Source: Octopus sinensis (lineage: Eukaryota). From it: DNA of 64,000 nucleotides. The translations under genes were made by a program, and so were the position numbers. Below are positions 1 through 12,439 of the stretch, one piece after another (the first letter of the stretch is position 1; each line of letters begins with the position of its first letter). The DNA lies in NCBI RefSeq assembly GCF_006345805.1, contig NC_043006.1, positions 63,240,001 through 63,304,000 on the forward strand, read 5' to 3'. The notes under the pieces are model-generated. The model made no database searches. It was given only the letters and a program-made list of their open reading frames with translations, and was not told the origin of the DNA.

Positions 1-542
1 ATCTATATCTCCTCCCACTTCCCTCACTTGCTGACTCGCTGAGAAAGACGATGACGCCATATTAAATTTTGCAAATTTTGAAAGGAAAATTAAATTTCTT
101 TTCTAGTGATTTTTGCTCCGCAGTGCAAAAAAAAAACAATGCCACTGTTAATCAGACCAACATAGTTTAGATTAACTTAATCACAAGTTATAACAATAAA
201 ATATAAGAATAGCAATCACTTTAGAGGTAAACATGCTCCGAAATACACGTCCAGCTCTGGCGATAATAATAATAATAATAATAATAATTTTAATTTTGCC
301 ACAGGACCCATTTATAAGTACAACAGATTTATTTTAAAGTGGATACAAAAGTGTATTGGTAAGTGTAAAATAAAATTTTATAACGAGGAGACGGGCAGTG
401 ATCTCATACAATATACCTATGCATTAAAATATTATATTACATAAATATATATACACAAAATAATTAGTTTATATGAAACAGTTACCAATTTTTCCTCTCA
501 TTCGTTCCTTTGACAAAATATTTGTTGTCATTAATTGTGTCG

Positions 543-700
543 AAGGCGGCGACCCGGCAGAACATCAGCAAGCCTTTTTATTCTTTTGGGGTCGATATAG
601 TAAGTACCAGCTGACTACTGGGGTTGATGTAATTTAATATCTCCTCCCGCCCACCCGCAAAAAATTTCAGGCCTTCTGCCTATAGTAGAAAGTATTATTA
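543..700 (+). mobile_element. SINE family A, degenerate copy with internal deletion
   Basis: aaggcggcgacccggcagaa head, ggggtcgat..aagtaccag core, aatttcaggcct..gtagaaag tail; matches other copies in the window. Confidence 0.75.
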
Positions 701-1102
701 ATTGTGTCGTTGAAATTGCCCAAAATGATGTTATTTTTGTGAGGAAACTGCTATTTTATTATCGATGAAATACCTGTATTCGATGACGAACGGGAGCTTT
801 CTTTCAGTTTTAAACGTGCGTTTTTTCTCGGAGATCGTTGCCGCATTGAGGGTCTATATCATTAAGAATTTTTTCTTCTTTTTGGTTCGTAAATTAAACC
901 GTTTTTCTCTAAAACTAGGAAAAGAAAAATATTAAATAACTTTCTAAGTCTTTATCTAGGTAAGAATCCAAGATGCAGACAACAAATAGAAAACATGTAC
1001 AACAGCTAAGAAGTACTAACATCAGAATATGGGCATAGATTTGTAGACAGTAAGAGCAATTGATTGTAGCAATCTCTGGATACAAGTAGTTTTTAAATAT
1101 TA

Positions 1103-1370
1103 CTAGCAGTATTGCCAGGCGTTGCTCGGGTTTGATTTCTTTTCGACCCTTTAGAATTGGAAGTTTTGAAAAGTAAAAATTTTGCATTATGCAGCTTTGT
1201 TATTCTCTTTAAGTAAACATTTTTCTGGTTGAAATACAACGAAAACTGGCGATACAGTCAAACAATTGTAAAAAATAGGGAATTTCATAGAAAAAGCAAC
1301 TTTTTGATGTAAATAATTTTCGGTCTTAACATGGTCCGATTTGAATTTTTTCTTCTACGGAATGACAAAA
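1103..1370 (-). mobile_element. Non-autonomous Helitron, 3' end
   Basis: Reverse complement of caaacccgagcaacgcctggcaatactgCTAG-T, the same terminal hairpin + CTAG as the copies at 26.2 and 27.8 kb. The 5' part is cut by a SINE. Confidence 0.65.
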
Positions 1371-1375
1371 TACCT

Positions 1376-1593
1376 ACTTTTTTACTACCCACAAGGGGCT
1401 AAACACAGAGGGGACAAACAAGGACAGACAAACGGATTAAGTCGATTACATCGACCCCAGTGCGTAACTTGTACTTAATTTATCGACCCCGAAGGATGAA
1501 TGGCAAAGTCGACCTCGGCGGAATTTGATCTCAGAACGCAGCCGCAGACGAAATACCGCTAAGCATTTCGCCGGCGTGCTTACGATTCTGCAA
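1376..1593 (-). mobile_element. SINE family A
   Basis: Reverse complement of the 2410-2640 copy over about 215 nt. Confidence 0.85.
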
Positions 1594-1601
1594 GTCACAG
1601 C

Positions 1602-2084
1602 AAATATTTATCTTGGCATAAAAGATGAGCTACAGCGAATATTTTGCTCCATACCATAGATTTGCTAGTCAGTTGTTTGACCTTAACCAGTTGAGCATGT
1701 CCCTTAGTGGCCGATAAAATGCGCATCTCTGATCACGAGTAGAAGTAGTGGAGGAGTATCATAGACATGTTTTGAGAGGAATTCTTTGAAATTTGAATAA
1801 TTCACCTCTAGAAACATGCATGTTTCGAGAAGTACCCTTAAATGACCCTTATTCAGGAATCTTTTGAGTGGGATGAGCTATTAAACTGGGCCCCATCTGA
1901 AAAGTCATACGCTGTCTATCTTGATATGAGTTCACCATGTCGCGCGCATATGGTTGTGATGTATGTGGCTGACGTGCTCTTATATAATGAGTTGTCATGA
2001 TGGGTATACTGGACTTCGTATATTTTACCCCAGTGTCACTTTGATGGCATGCACTGCTTTCTCACTCAATTATAATTTGAAATC
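1602..2084 (-). mobile_element. Interspersed repeat family B (about 530-bp non-coding element), reverse of the 16791-17325 copy
   Basis: Aligns in reverse complement to 16791-17325 (gatcacgagtagaagtag, ccatgtcgcgcgcatatggttgtgatg, cccagtgtcactttgatggcatgcac). Confidence 0.8.
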
Positions 2085-2270
2085 TTGGCACAAGTCCAAC
2101 AACTTTAGTGGGCAAGTTAAGTCGTTAACATCGATCTCTATACTCAACTGGTACATATTTTATCGATCTTGAAGGCATGAAAAGCAAAGTTGACCTTGGT
2201 CAGAATTAAAATCAGAACGTAAAGAGTTGGAGCCACATACTCCAATCCACTTTGCCGGATGCTCTAATGG
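2085..2270 (-). mobile_element. SINE family A, degenerate
   Basis: actggtac..tatcgatc..aaagcaaagttgacctt..tcagaacgtaaag, the reverse complement of the family A core. Confidence 0.6.
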
Positions 2271-2409
2271 CCCTTTCTGCGTGCTACCTTAATACAACTA
2301 CTAATATTAATAATAATTTCTGTTATTATGACCAGAAGTGTCGCATGAGTCGATATTAAAAGGATAAATTACAAAATGGTTGAAGTTGCGACATATATGA
2401 AAAAAACAT

Positions 2410-2640
2410 AAGGCGGCGAGCTGGCAGAAACGTTAGCACGCTGGGCGAAATGCGTAGCCGTATTTCGTCTGCCGCTACGTTCTGAGTTCAAATTCCGCCG
2501 AGGTCGACTTTGCCTTTCATCCTTTCGGGGTCGATAAATTAAGTACCAGTTACGCACTGGGGTCGATGTAATCGACTTAATTCGTTTGTCTGTCCTTGTT
2601 TGTCCCCTCTGTGTTTAGCCCCTTGTGGGTAAAAAAGAAA
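2410..2640 (+). mobile_element. SINE family A, full length (tRNA-derived head inferred)
   Basis: aaggcggcgagctggcagaaacgttagc...gttctgagttcaaattcc (B-box-like)...gcctttcatcctttcggggtcgataaattaagtaccag...ccccttgtgggt. Confidence 0.85.
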
Positions 2641-3820
2641 CATATATGAAAAAAACATGCAAGAAAAGCAATGAAATTGTCCAAAAAGCACGTATCCAAC
2701 AATGGCTAGTTAGGGAGCCGCACAGATTTCAGATTCTTTTAATTATGTGAGGCAGTTTCCTTCTCTAAGTTGCAGTATCTAATCTAGTTACATGAGATAA
2801 GTCATCCTATTCCCCGAGGTCAAGCTCATTTTTTTTGCTCAGAGGGTTTACTAGAGACCACACTTCCTGTCCATATGCAGTTTCCTCTTGAAATGTTATT
2901 TTAGATATCTGTCAGAGTTTGGCAGAAGATGAAATGTCTCTATATTTGGTCCTCCCAATGTTGTTCAACACACCATCTCTTTCATCACATCTACTTGTCA
3001 GAGAAAAACTGTCTATCCTTCTTTGTCAGAAGGCTTCATGGATTAGTTAAGTAACATCTGAACCTGTCCAAGAGACCAAGAGACAAGCGACAACAATCTT
3101 CATTAGTGAACAATTTTAGGACGCTGAACAAGTGAGCAGAAATGTTTTCACCGATTTCCGTGCATCACGGACAGGCCCGGTAGATGGTCTCTCTTGTACT
3201 AGTAAAAGCAATTCCGATATAGCAATATTTCTCGATAACGCTGCTGGGCCAACAGATGTTGAAAATTATCCATACTCTCTGAGCTGAAAGTTCTTCGGAA
3301 TAGACGTCTTAGTTGTGACACCGATACCCATGCTATGTCTCTGACAAACATCGCTCATGTCCGCCGGTGAAGCTTTAGAACATTCCAGGCACTCTATTTT
3401 TGCAGTTCCATCTCTTTAGACACGAACTGCAGAAATAACTGTGATCGATTACCTCTTCAGAAATTCATAATTGAAGTTGATACGAACGCTAGTTAAACTG
3501 TAACCTATCAAAATAATTATATACTGTTAGGTGTACATTGATGCCATCACAGATTGCCGGAGTTTAGTTTCTCTTTCCGTCCTCATTATCGGTAAAGTAA
3601 GTATTAAGTGGGTTTGAAATCCGTCGAATATGTGCAAGGCCACTACGGATTCAACGAATATGAGAAATCCTTATTAAAGCATGCTTTATAGTTGTACTAT
3701 CATATCATGAGCTAACATAGTAATTAACTTGAATTTCATAATTACCGAAATAATTGACAAAATCATGAAAAATATTTGTCTATACGCCACAAGTAATTGA
3801 ATGTTTGTTTTTATCAACAG

Positions 3821-4015
3821 AAAGAACCAAACAGTTATTATAATAGTTTCGCTTGCCTTCCTTGTGCACCAGGCTGCGAGACATGTGTTGATGGAAGTCC
3901 ATGCATTTTAGCACTTAACTGGGTTCTGAGAAGCATTGTTCTAGGAATTGCAGGATTAATCATGTGCTGTATTCCGATATTAATCTGGTTCACAGTGCAA
4001 TATCGAGAGGTCAAG
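3821..4015 (+). CDS. GPR158-like: Class C GPCR (GPR158/GPR179/CG31760-like), internal exon A: Cys-rich linker + TM1
   Basis: Acceptor ttttatcaacag|, donor AAG|gtaag, 195 nt, phase 0-0. Encodes KEPNSYYNSFACLPCAPGCETCVDGSPCILALNWVLRSIVLGIAGLIMCCIPILIWFTVQYREVK; the CLPC..GCETC.D.SPC...LNW..R motif is typical of the family. Confidence 0.95.
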
Positions 4016-4221
4016 GTAAGATAATTTTTCATTGTTAAATTAACCAAGCTTTCTGGTTTCAGTCATAGGAATCCGGTGGTACAAGGTCACCATCTTTAAC
4101 AGAACTTACTTGATCACATCAACCACAGTACGTATTTTCTCTCTTTCCATCTCTCTCTTCCACTATTTCTAATTTCTATCAATCTTTCTCTCTCTTTATT
4201 TTACACACTCACACACACACA

Positions 4222-4277
4222 TCCATCCATCCATCCATCCATCCATCCATACATACATACATACATACATACATACA

Positions 4278-4309
<32 letters not shown>

Positions 4310-4330
4310 CACATATGTGTGTGCGTGTGC
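4222..4330. repeat. (CATC)n(CATA)n/(TG)n microsatellite
   Basis: Direct reading. Confidence 0.95.
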
Positions 4331-4333
4331 GTG

Positions 4334-5594
4334 TTGGGTCATCCCATAAATAATGAGGTTTTTTTATACTTTATTTTTCGAAATTAAGGTAAACTGATTT
4401 CTTTTCTAATCGAAATATATACACTCCTTCATTTCCTACTGTGCTCTTCCATTTATCTGATATACTTGCAAGGCCCCTCTCCCAAGATTCACTTGTCCGT
4501 GATGAAAACTACTCCTCCAGCATTGTTCTGACCTCATCTACAGTAATCATATTTTTTCTATCCAAATGATTTTGAAGACTGCGGAATAAATTATAATTAG
4601 AAGGGGCAATGTCCGGCGATTATGGTGGGTGGGACATCGTTTCCCATTCAAACTGCTCCAGCTGTATGTAGCCGATCATTATCCTGATGGAAGAACACCT
4701 TTCGTCCTGAAACCAAAGATGGTCGTTTTTTCTTCTGGCGCTGACTTAAGCTACTCAAGCTGCTCCCAGTAGATCTCCTTTGCTATTATTTGGTTTGGGT
4801 TTAAAAGTTTCAAGTGAACTAAACTTTTCACATCCCACCAAACACATAACGACACCTTACGTGGGTGAAGACCTTCTTTAGCTTGGGGTACCGGTGTTTC
4901 TCCTTTCCCTGCCCACTGTCTTCCGTGCTTGACTTCTTTATAGAGAACCCATTTCTCGTCAACTGTCACTATTCAGTCCCAAAAAGGTTCATTCGTGAGA
5001 CGTGGCTACAAAGAAGAGCACACATTCACTCTCTACGCGCAATTATACTCGGAAAGTTTGTGAGGAACACATTGACTCAATTTGCTGACTTTTCTGATGG
5101 TATGAAGTGTGGATGAATGGTCGAATGATCAGATCCAAGCTTCTCTGCTACTTCCTCAACCGTTATGATGGGATTTTGTCCCACCAGGGTTTGCAGGACG
5201 TCCTCGTCGAGCGCTAAAGGTTTTCCAGGACGAGGTTCGTCTTCTAGGCTGTAGTTTCCGGTTCGGAATTTCTGGAACCACCGGTGATACTGGCTTACGC
5301 TTATTGTCCGATCCCCATATACCGCATTAATATTCCTCACACTTTCCGTTGAGTATTTGCCTTTATTGAACTCATAAAGCAAAATATGCCGAATATGCTC
5401 CTTTGTCATTTCCATTATAGCTTTGAAAAACTAACTGTTAAAATCGAACTGCACTCTTCAAAACTTCTACTAAGAATAAGGCTAAGGTTTAAATTACTAG
5501 CTGCTTTTATAGCAAGTTAATGCAGGTAGTTTATCCCGTGCCCTCCGACTTTTAGTTCATGCAATTAAAAAAAAACGCATTATTTATGGGATGA
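4334..5594 (-). mobile_element. Mariner DNA transposon, near full length, transposase pseudogene
   Basis: TIRs tcatcccataaataatgaggttttt (about 4339) and aaaaacgcattatttatgggatga (about 5571-5594). Minus ORFs MEMTKEHIRHILLYEFNKG...RWFQKFRTGNYSLEDEPRPGKP and TVDEKWVLY...GLHPRKVSLCVWWD; frameshifted. Confidence 0.93.
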
Positions 5595-5595
5595 T

Positions 5596-5649
5596 AGATA
5601 GATAGATATACACACGTACATACATACACATACATATACATGCATACAC

Positions 5650-5705
<56 letters not shown>
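5596..5705. repeat. GATA/CA/TA compound microsatellite
   Basis: Direct reading. Confidence 0.9.
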
Positions 5706-5708
<3 letters not shown>

Positions 5709-7007
5709 TGAAGCTAATCACCACATCAATATGGCCGTTCAACCCCAGGCAGATCTTCCACCAACTGGTTATAGATGCACCCTTCACCCTGTACATATAT
5801 TGCAAGCGGGGAAGCGAGCCCTACCACCCATCTATAAACGACAGGATCGCGTGACCGATTGCGTTTCGAGCTAGCTTGCTCGTCCTCGGTTGCGAACACT
5901 CGGTCGCCAGATGGATGGACAGAGTCCGCTCCAGCAAGTAATGTACAAATTTCTAAACAAAGCGACCAAAGTAACTAATAATAAATTCTCAATAATAGAT
6001 GAGAGTAGTAACTATACTAACAAGTAAAGCCATCTCTCTGACATGTTAGCAATATATCTTTATTAACACTACGGATACTCATTTCGTAATTTTAATGTCA
6101 ATCTTAATTTTAATTTTAACTTTAATTTCAAATGTAAACTTTGCTCTTCAATTAAGTTTTAATTATTTCTATTTCCTTACCTTTAACACAACTAGACAGT
6201 CCCAGGTCTTCCCTCGAGTAAAATTTGACCACCCACTACAGATGACGTCCATTATCTTTTTTGTGATCGCTTTCTTACCTACACATCCTCCTTCTCATTA
6301 GTACCCAGCCTTGTAAGTCAGGGATCTGCTTTATCTTTTCCCTTACCTATCTGTCTCTATATCTACTCCCCCTAATTTCTTTGGATACTAATACCCTTCA
6401 CTTGTCTTTGCACTCGCTCCCTCTAATTTCCTTGATATATACCAATCAGTATATATCTAGCACAAAGCCGTTATCCACCTGTCTTTCTCACACCAGATTG
6501 TATTATTTATTCCTCCCTCTAATTTCTCTGGACCAAATACTCTCCACTATACTGAATAGCATATAGTATATATCTCTTATCCACCTATATTTCTTATACC
6601 GGTGTGTATTATTTATTCCTACTCTCAGTATTTGTCCAACTTTACAAATGCCAGTATTCATTTTTCCTCACTAAAGAGTACTATCTAACCATTCTTTCTG
6701 ATCATGGATTTACCTAAGGAATATCCAATCTAACTGGATTTAATTCGACCTCCCCCTTGGGCATAATGTACCACAACAACTATCATTGATGAGGAACTTT
6801 CTTCCACTATGTAACCTATATCTCCCCGATGACAGTATACCCAACTTATGGAGTTTTCGCTCAACACGATGTTCCAATAGCTGGGATATCCCAAAAACAG
6901 ATATCAGAGACTATTTATTACCATTCGTTATGTAGCTAAATTAAATTAAATGTCCTAGTCAGGTCTTACCTAATTGTTTGCCTTTCCTCACCACTTTAAC
7001 CTATATA

Positions 7008-7300
7008 TATGAAACTCGAGCGAAATTTATTGAACCATCTAATTTCCGTCTTGTGATCAACTGCACCTTCACCTTTTGCACAACAAAAGTGTTTGGTCGC
7101 TTCCTCGGCGTTACGGCCCAGTTCAAACTTGTAAAGCACGAGGTCGCACGTTCATCTGTTTGACTTTCAAATGACATACGGAGTGAAGCAATACACAATG
7201 CGTCATTGCACCAACTACCATGATACTACCAACTTCGGCAGTTACCTTCCATGGCTTGAAATACTTCGGTCACGTATTATACACGCCGCAAACTAGCACG
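7008..7300 (-). mobile_element. Mariner 5' fragment (transposase N-terminal HTH)
   Basis: Minus frame reads DLVLYKFELGRNAEEATKHFCCAKGEGAVDHKTEIRWFNKFRSS, resembling mariner N-termini (LYEF.LG..A.EA..NI...GEG.V...T..RWF.KFRSG). Confidence 0.75.
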
Positions 7301-9490
7301 TATGCAAATATTTTATTACTTAAAATGTTTAACAAGGTCTGAATATATTTCTGTTGTATTAGTCAGCTTTATCAAGCTATCATCTATTTTTTTTAACCAA
7401 GGTAACAAACCAAATATTGCCTAATTAATGTATATTGCCAGAGAATCTAAAGTAGATACATTACAGTCCAGTAGTTCTTGCATATAATATTGATGAAATA
7501 TATATCTATAATACATCAAGATAAATTTCGAATACTACAGCCCCTCATTTTTTTAAATTGATGCCTCTTTCTAATACAAAACTAATTATTTCATATTGCC
7601 TAACTTGGAAATAAAGAAAAGATTCAGAACTCTCATATAACTTCTTTTTAAACTGATGTAGCTGTAGTAATAGTTAGTAATAGCAAAGTTCAATTCTAGA
7701 AATTCTAACTAGATTTTTATCATGGCTCGTTTGGCACCTCTGGTTTCGTCATGTTAGTATATCTAATATATGCTGTAAGATTGTAGACGTTTAATAACTA
7801 CAGTAGAAACTAAAGAAAAGCAAACGTTTGCTTAACATTCAGCAGACAATACAATTAATGAAGGAATTGCAATCCTAATTGAAATCATTAATAAAACCTA
7901 AAGTCAGCTATCCAATTCATAGAAATCAACAAAAAGACGAGTTTTTTTTTTTTTGTTTTCTTTTAATACAAACTTTAGCGGTAATCGATATTCCACTAAG
8001 CAAAACAAACAATAGCAAAAATAAAGACCAAACTAAATTTTCTGATTAAGTTAAATGATTAATTGATCTAGTGTATATTTGATTATTAAGTGGATACTAT
8101 GATTGCTATTTGAAGTAAAGTAGATTAGACGCACATATTAGTATATTTATCAAAATCTTCAGACATTTTACTTCCTTAACTTTATCACATGTTCAGCACA
8201 TTCTAAGAAAAAGTTCAATAAAGCTATTTGACAGACGCATAGACACATATATGTAAGAAAGAGGTATAGATGATTATATCAACCCCATAATATAACTGGT
8301 AACTATTTGTTATTGATGCCGCAGGAAAAAGTGAAATCCATCTTTTCGGTATTTAAGCTACAATATAAAGGTTGACCGTCAATTAACACAGAAATTATAT
8401 TACCTACTTCATTTTGAACATCACATATCTCAGAAAAATAACATGTACAATCAATTTCATCGATCAGTACTTGATTGCTGCTTAGCTCATCGACCTTGGA
8501 ATGATGAAATCAATATTGATCTCATTCGTTAGAAATCATTAGTTTTTATATTGGTATGATGTCAAAGTCTTATTTAAGTGAAAGTAATTGGTGGTGTTTA
8601 TTAATCTATTTAAGAGTGATATGAATGAAACGAATTGGTGAGATGAGAATACTAGATTCAAGTCGGCCAATTATGTCAGATGTATATAATGTGATTGTTA
8701 AGTGTCTCCCATTTGTACCTCGCTGCGGGCGTTATTCTTTTTACTTTGTGAGAAAGTGAATGATAATTCAGAGATCATCTTCAATCAAGAAGCTGAAAAT
8801 TCTGCCCACTCGATCATTGCCTACTTTCAAGTGACATTCTAAGATGTTCAAATTTATGAAGACAAACTTTCAGCTATAAATTACTTGAGCTTTTGATGTT
8901 GGAGAATTATTGTTACGCATTACGTTCGGCATAAGTCAACCCCTTTTCTCGTCGACTTAACCTTTCCCTCGTCCAACATTGACAAAACGTGAATCTGTAC
9001 TATAATGTGACTTTCGATTTCATTTAACGTTCCATTTATCAAAATGTATGGCACTATCTCTATGTTAGAAAACCATGTTTGGAGCAGTAGATGTCAGAAT
9101 AGGCAACACGAGGAAAAAAATCTTTGTGAGGTGGAAAACAACTTTGCACGACATAGTCGTGATATCCTTAACAATACTTCTAAAATAATATTTTAGTTAT
9201 GTTTCCTCTATGTTCTGAGCTTCACTTCTGCTGGATTTAACTCCGGCTTTTAAATTCTTTCGAGTGTTAACAATTAAACCAATACAAGTTTAATATAATG
9301 AGATTGCTTTAATTTGTAATACATTTCACCTCGGAACATATAACCTTGAACTACTGTTAGGAATTGCTGTTATTTTATTATAGATATAATCATAATAATT
9401 TCAAAATGCAAAGGAATTCTAGCGAATTTTTGAGATTTTTTTTTCATTCGTATTTTTCTGAAACCACTCTTCTTTTTTCATTTCTTGCAG

Positions 9491-9559
9491 GTTCTTAAGG
9501 CCTCCAGTCCGTTGTTGATGCGGATTATTCTTCTGGGAGCATTTTTCTTATATTGTCCC
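9491..9559 (+). CDS. GPR158-like: GPCR exon B: ICL1-TM2
   Basis: tttcttgcag|GTT...CCC|gtaagt, 69 nt, phase 0-0. Encodes VLKASSPLLMRIILLGAFFLYCP (family motif V.KAASP.LL..I.LGA). Too short for the ORF track; found by reading. Confidence 0.93.
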
Positions 9560-10584
9560 GTAAGTCTTTATACAAATATTCAATGTTCTGTTTTAACAAT
9601 AGATATCTAGAAATATTTACTATAACCCACGCAACATAGCAACACGTCAATAAGTCATGCAGTAAAACTTTCACTTATTCTAAAACCTGTTTGCCAGAGT
9701 TTACAAAATTGAAGATGAAATATAAAAATAAAAAAAAGAAAGAAATGTTATTCACCAATCATTGAAATAAAATAAACAAATGATTTATGGTCACTAGAGT
9801 TGTTTTCTGGAAGATTATTTGGTTCTTTCTACTTAGAAGAGTGAAGGTGGAGAAGAGGATTCGTTTCGATAATAACGAGTATGCAGAGAAACGGATGTCA
9901 CAGTAGAACACTTTCAGGATATAATTTGGCAAGCAATCTTTATTATATATGAGGATATGCAGAAAAAAAAATGCTAATGTCTATTGAGTCGTCATATCAG
10001 TTGGATAGTGTGTTGCGAAAGTTTGTGAAATGTCTCTGCAGCAGCTATTATCAGAATTATATATTTACGTCTCCATCATTTTCCAATGAGTATATTCATA
10101 TTTGAGATCATAAGTTTTTTATTCGGCGGATCTGTTATATTATCAAGTGGTCTCCTCAGTCATTAATAGTGATTGCTGGTATATTATTTATGGTGATGTA
10201 TGTTCATCTGCTGTTCATCTACTTGGTTTCTTTCTTTTGAAATGAAAAATGATCTACGAGATATTATTAGAAAAACATTTTTTTGTTCTTGCTATTGCAG
10301 TGTACAGGTTTGACTACGAAAAGATGAGTTAGTAAAAGCTGGCTTGCTTTCGCACATAGGCCAAGTCTGCCCAATCAGTAATGAACTGTAGCTAATTAGC
10401 TACATCAACTACAGAATTAAAATAGTTAAGCCAATAAAGATATAATGTTTAATATTATTGATGTTCTCTAATTTTTTTAATGTGAGTGATGTTCAGATTA
10501 AGAAACTCATTTGCAACAATTAAACTGTATGAAAGAACAGAAAAGACATGCACATTTTTGGTCTGTTAATATTGGAAAATTATC

Positions 10585-11696
10585 AAATTTAATTTTTTTG
10601 TTTGTTTGGCTCAAGTTCGGTCTTATTCCTGGTAGGATTTATGTGGGTAGCGGGTTACTACCTATAACCTTAGGTGTGCACAAGTTTTCAGCCGTCTTTC
10701 AAGTGCTTAGAACCCACCTGATAATCCTTGCTATCCCTAAGAAACAAACTTTTGGTAGGAGTTCTACCGGTCATTCTATTCTAAATTCGTCCAACCATTT
10801 GTCTATATCTTTGCTTACTGTTCCCAATGAACCAATTATTATTGGCATGACCTTTACTGTTCTCATGTTCCAAATTCTTCTTATTTCAAATTTTAAGGGT
10901 TTTTTTATTATTTTTTCGACCTCTTTCTTTACGATCCTAGAATCAAACCGGCATGATGGGTTGATTAGTATGCAACTTCGCTTTTCCTTATCTATAATCG
11001 TTATGTCCGGTCTGTTATTTTCTAATATCTTGTCCGTTTGAATACGAACGTTCCACAAAATCTTATATTTCTCCAACTCCAGTATTCTTTCGACTCCAGC
11101 TTCAAATCCCTGTTTCTGGTACAGTCTCGAGTGTAAAACTTTTACAACCTGGTCGTGTCTCCATTTCTTATATTCTTCCTGTGCCAACTTGGGGCATTCT
11201 TTCACCAGGTGTTTCATTGTCTCGTTCCAAGTTCCACAGGCTCTACATTTTTCTGACACATTCTCTCTATATATATTTTTTGTCAAGTTGCTTGTTTTTA
11301 TCGCTTGTTCTTATGCTGTTACATTTATACTCTTTGTTTCTTTTTATAATTGCCCCTTTGTTTTACCAAGCCCAGGATTTTCTTCCACATACGGCTTCAG
11401 TGGCTCTCCAGAGTTGGCCATGCAGAGGTTTCTCTTCAATCTGTCAGACGTGCTCTCTCTGTATTTCGTTCTTCTCCTGTTCTCCTACTACGTACTTGAT
11501 CACTCATTTTTCTGTACAGCTCTGTAAAAAATCTACTAGGCCTTTTCTTTCTATCTGTACACATTCTTCAACTGCTATTAAGCATCTTCCACCCAGGTTT
11601 CTCCTCAAGTACAGCTGGTTGATACCAGCTCTCGGATGGTGGGCTTCATATAATGTCAGCTTTTGGATGGTGGGCTTCATACAATGTCATACATTG
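10585..11696 (-). mobile_element. Dong/R4-clade non-LTR retrotransposon, 3' part (CCHC knuckle + RLE endonuclease), decayed
   Basis: CRACGTWNETMKHLVKECPKLAQEEYKKWRHDQV; WNVRIQTDKILENNRPDITIIDK; IIIGSLG; upstream HHPKAD..LYLRRNLGGR. Confidence 0.9.
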
Positions 11697-11757
11697 TCAT
11701 TATTATTATTTTCATATACACAACAGATTCGACTATTGGGGAAGTATTATTATTATT

Positions 11758-11969
11758 AAGGCGGCAAGCTGGCAGAATCGTTAGCAAGACGGGGAAAATA
11801 TATAGCGGCATTCCCTCCGTCTTTACATTCTGAGTTCAAATTCAGCCGAGGTAGACTTTGCCTTTCACCCTTTCGGGGTCACTAAATTAAGTAGCACTGA
11901 AACACTGGAGTCCATGTAATCGACTAGTTTGCTTCCCCAAAATTGCTGCTCTTGTGGCAAATTTAAAAC

Positions 11970-11970
<1 letters not shown>
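11758..11970 (+). mobile_element. SINE family A
   Basis: aaggcggcaagctggcagaatcgttagc...ttctgagttcaaattc...cctttcggggtc; flanked by (ATT)n on both sides. Confidence 0.8.
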
Positions 11971-12040
<70 letters not shown>

Positions 12041-12070
12041 TATTATTATTTTTATTATTATTATTATTAT
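11971..12070. repeat. (ATT)n microsatellite
   Basis: Direct reading. Confidence 0.95.
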
Positions 12071-12121
12071 TGAGTGAGAGAGACGTGCATGCCATCAAAT
12101 TGACACTAAGGTACAATATAC

Positions 12122-12437
<316 letters not shown>

Positions 12438-12439
12438 TT

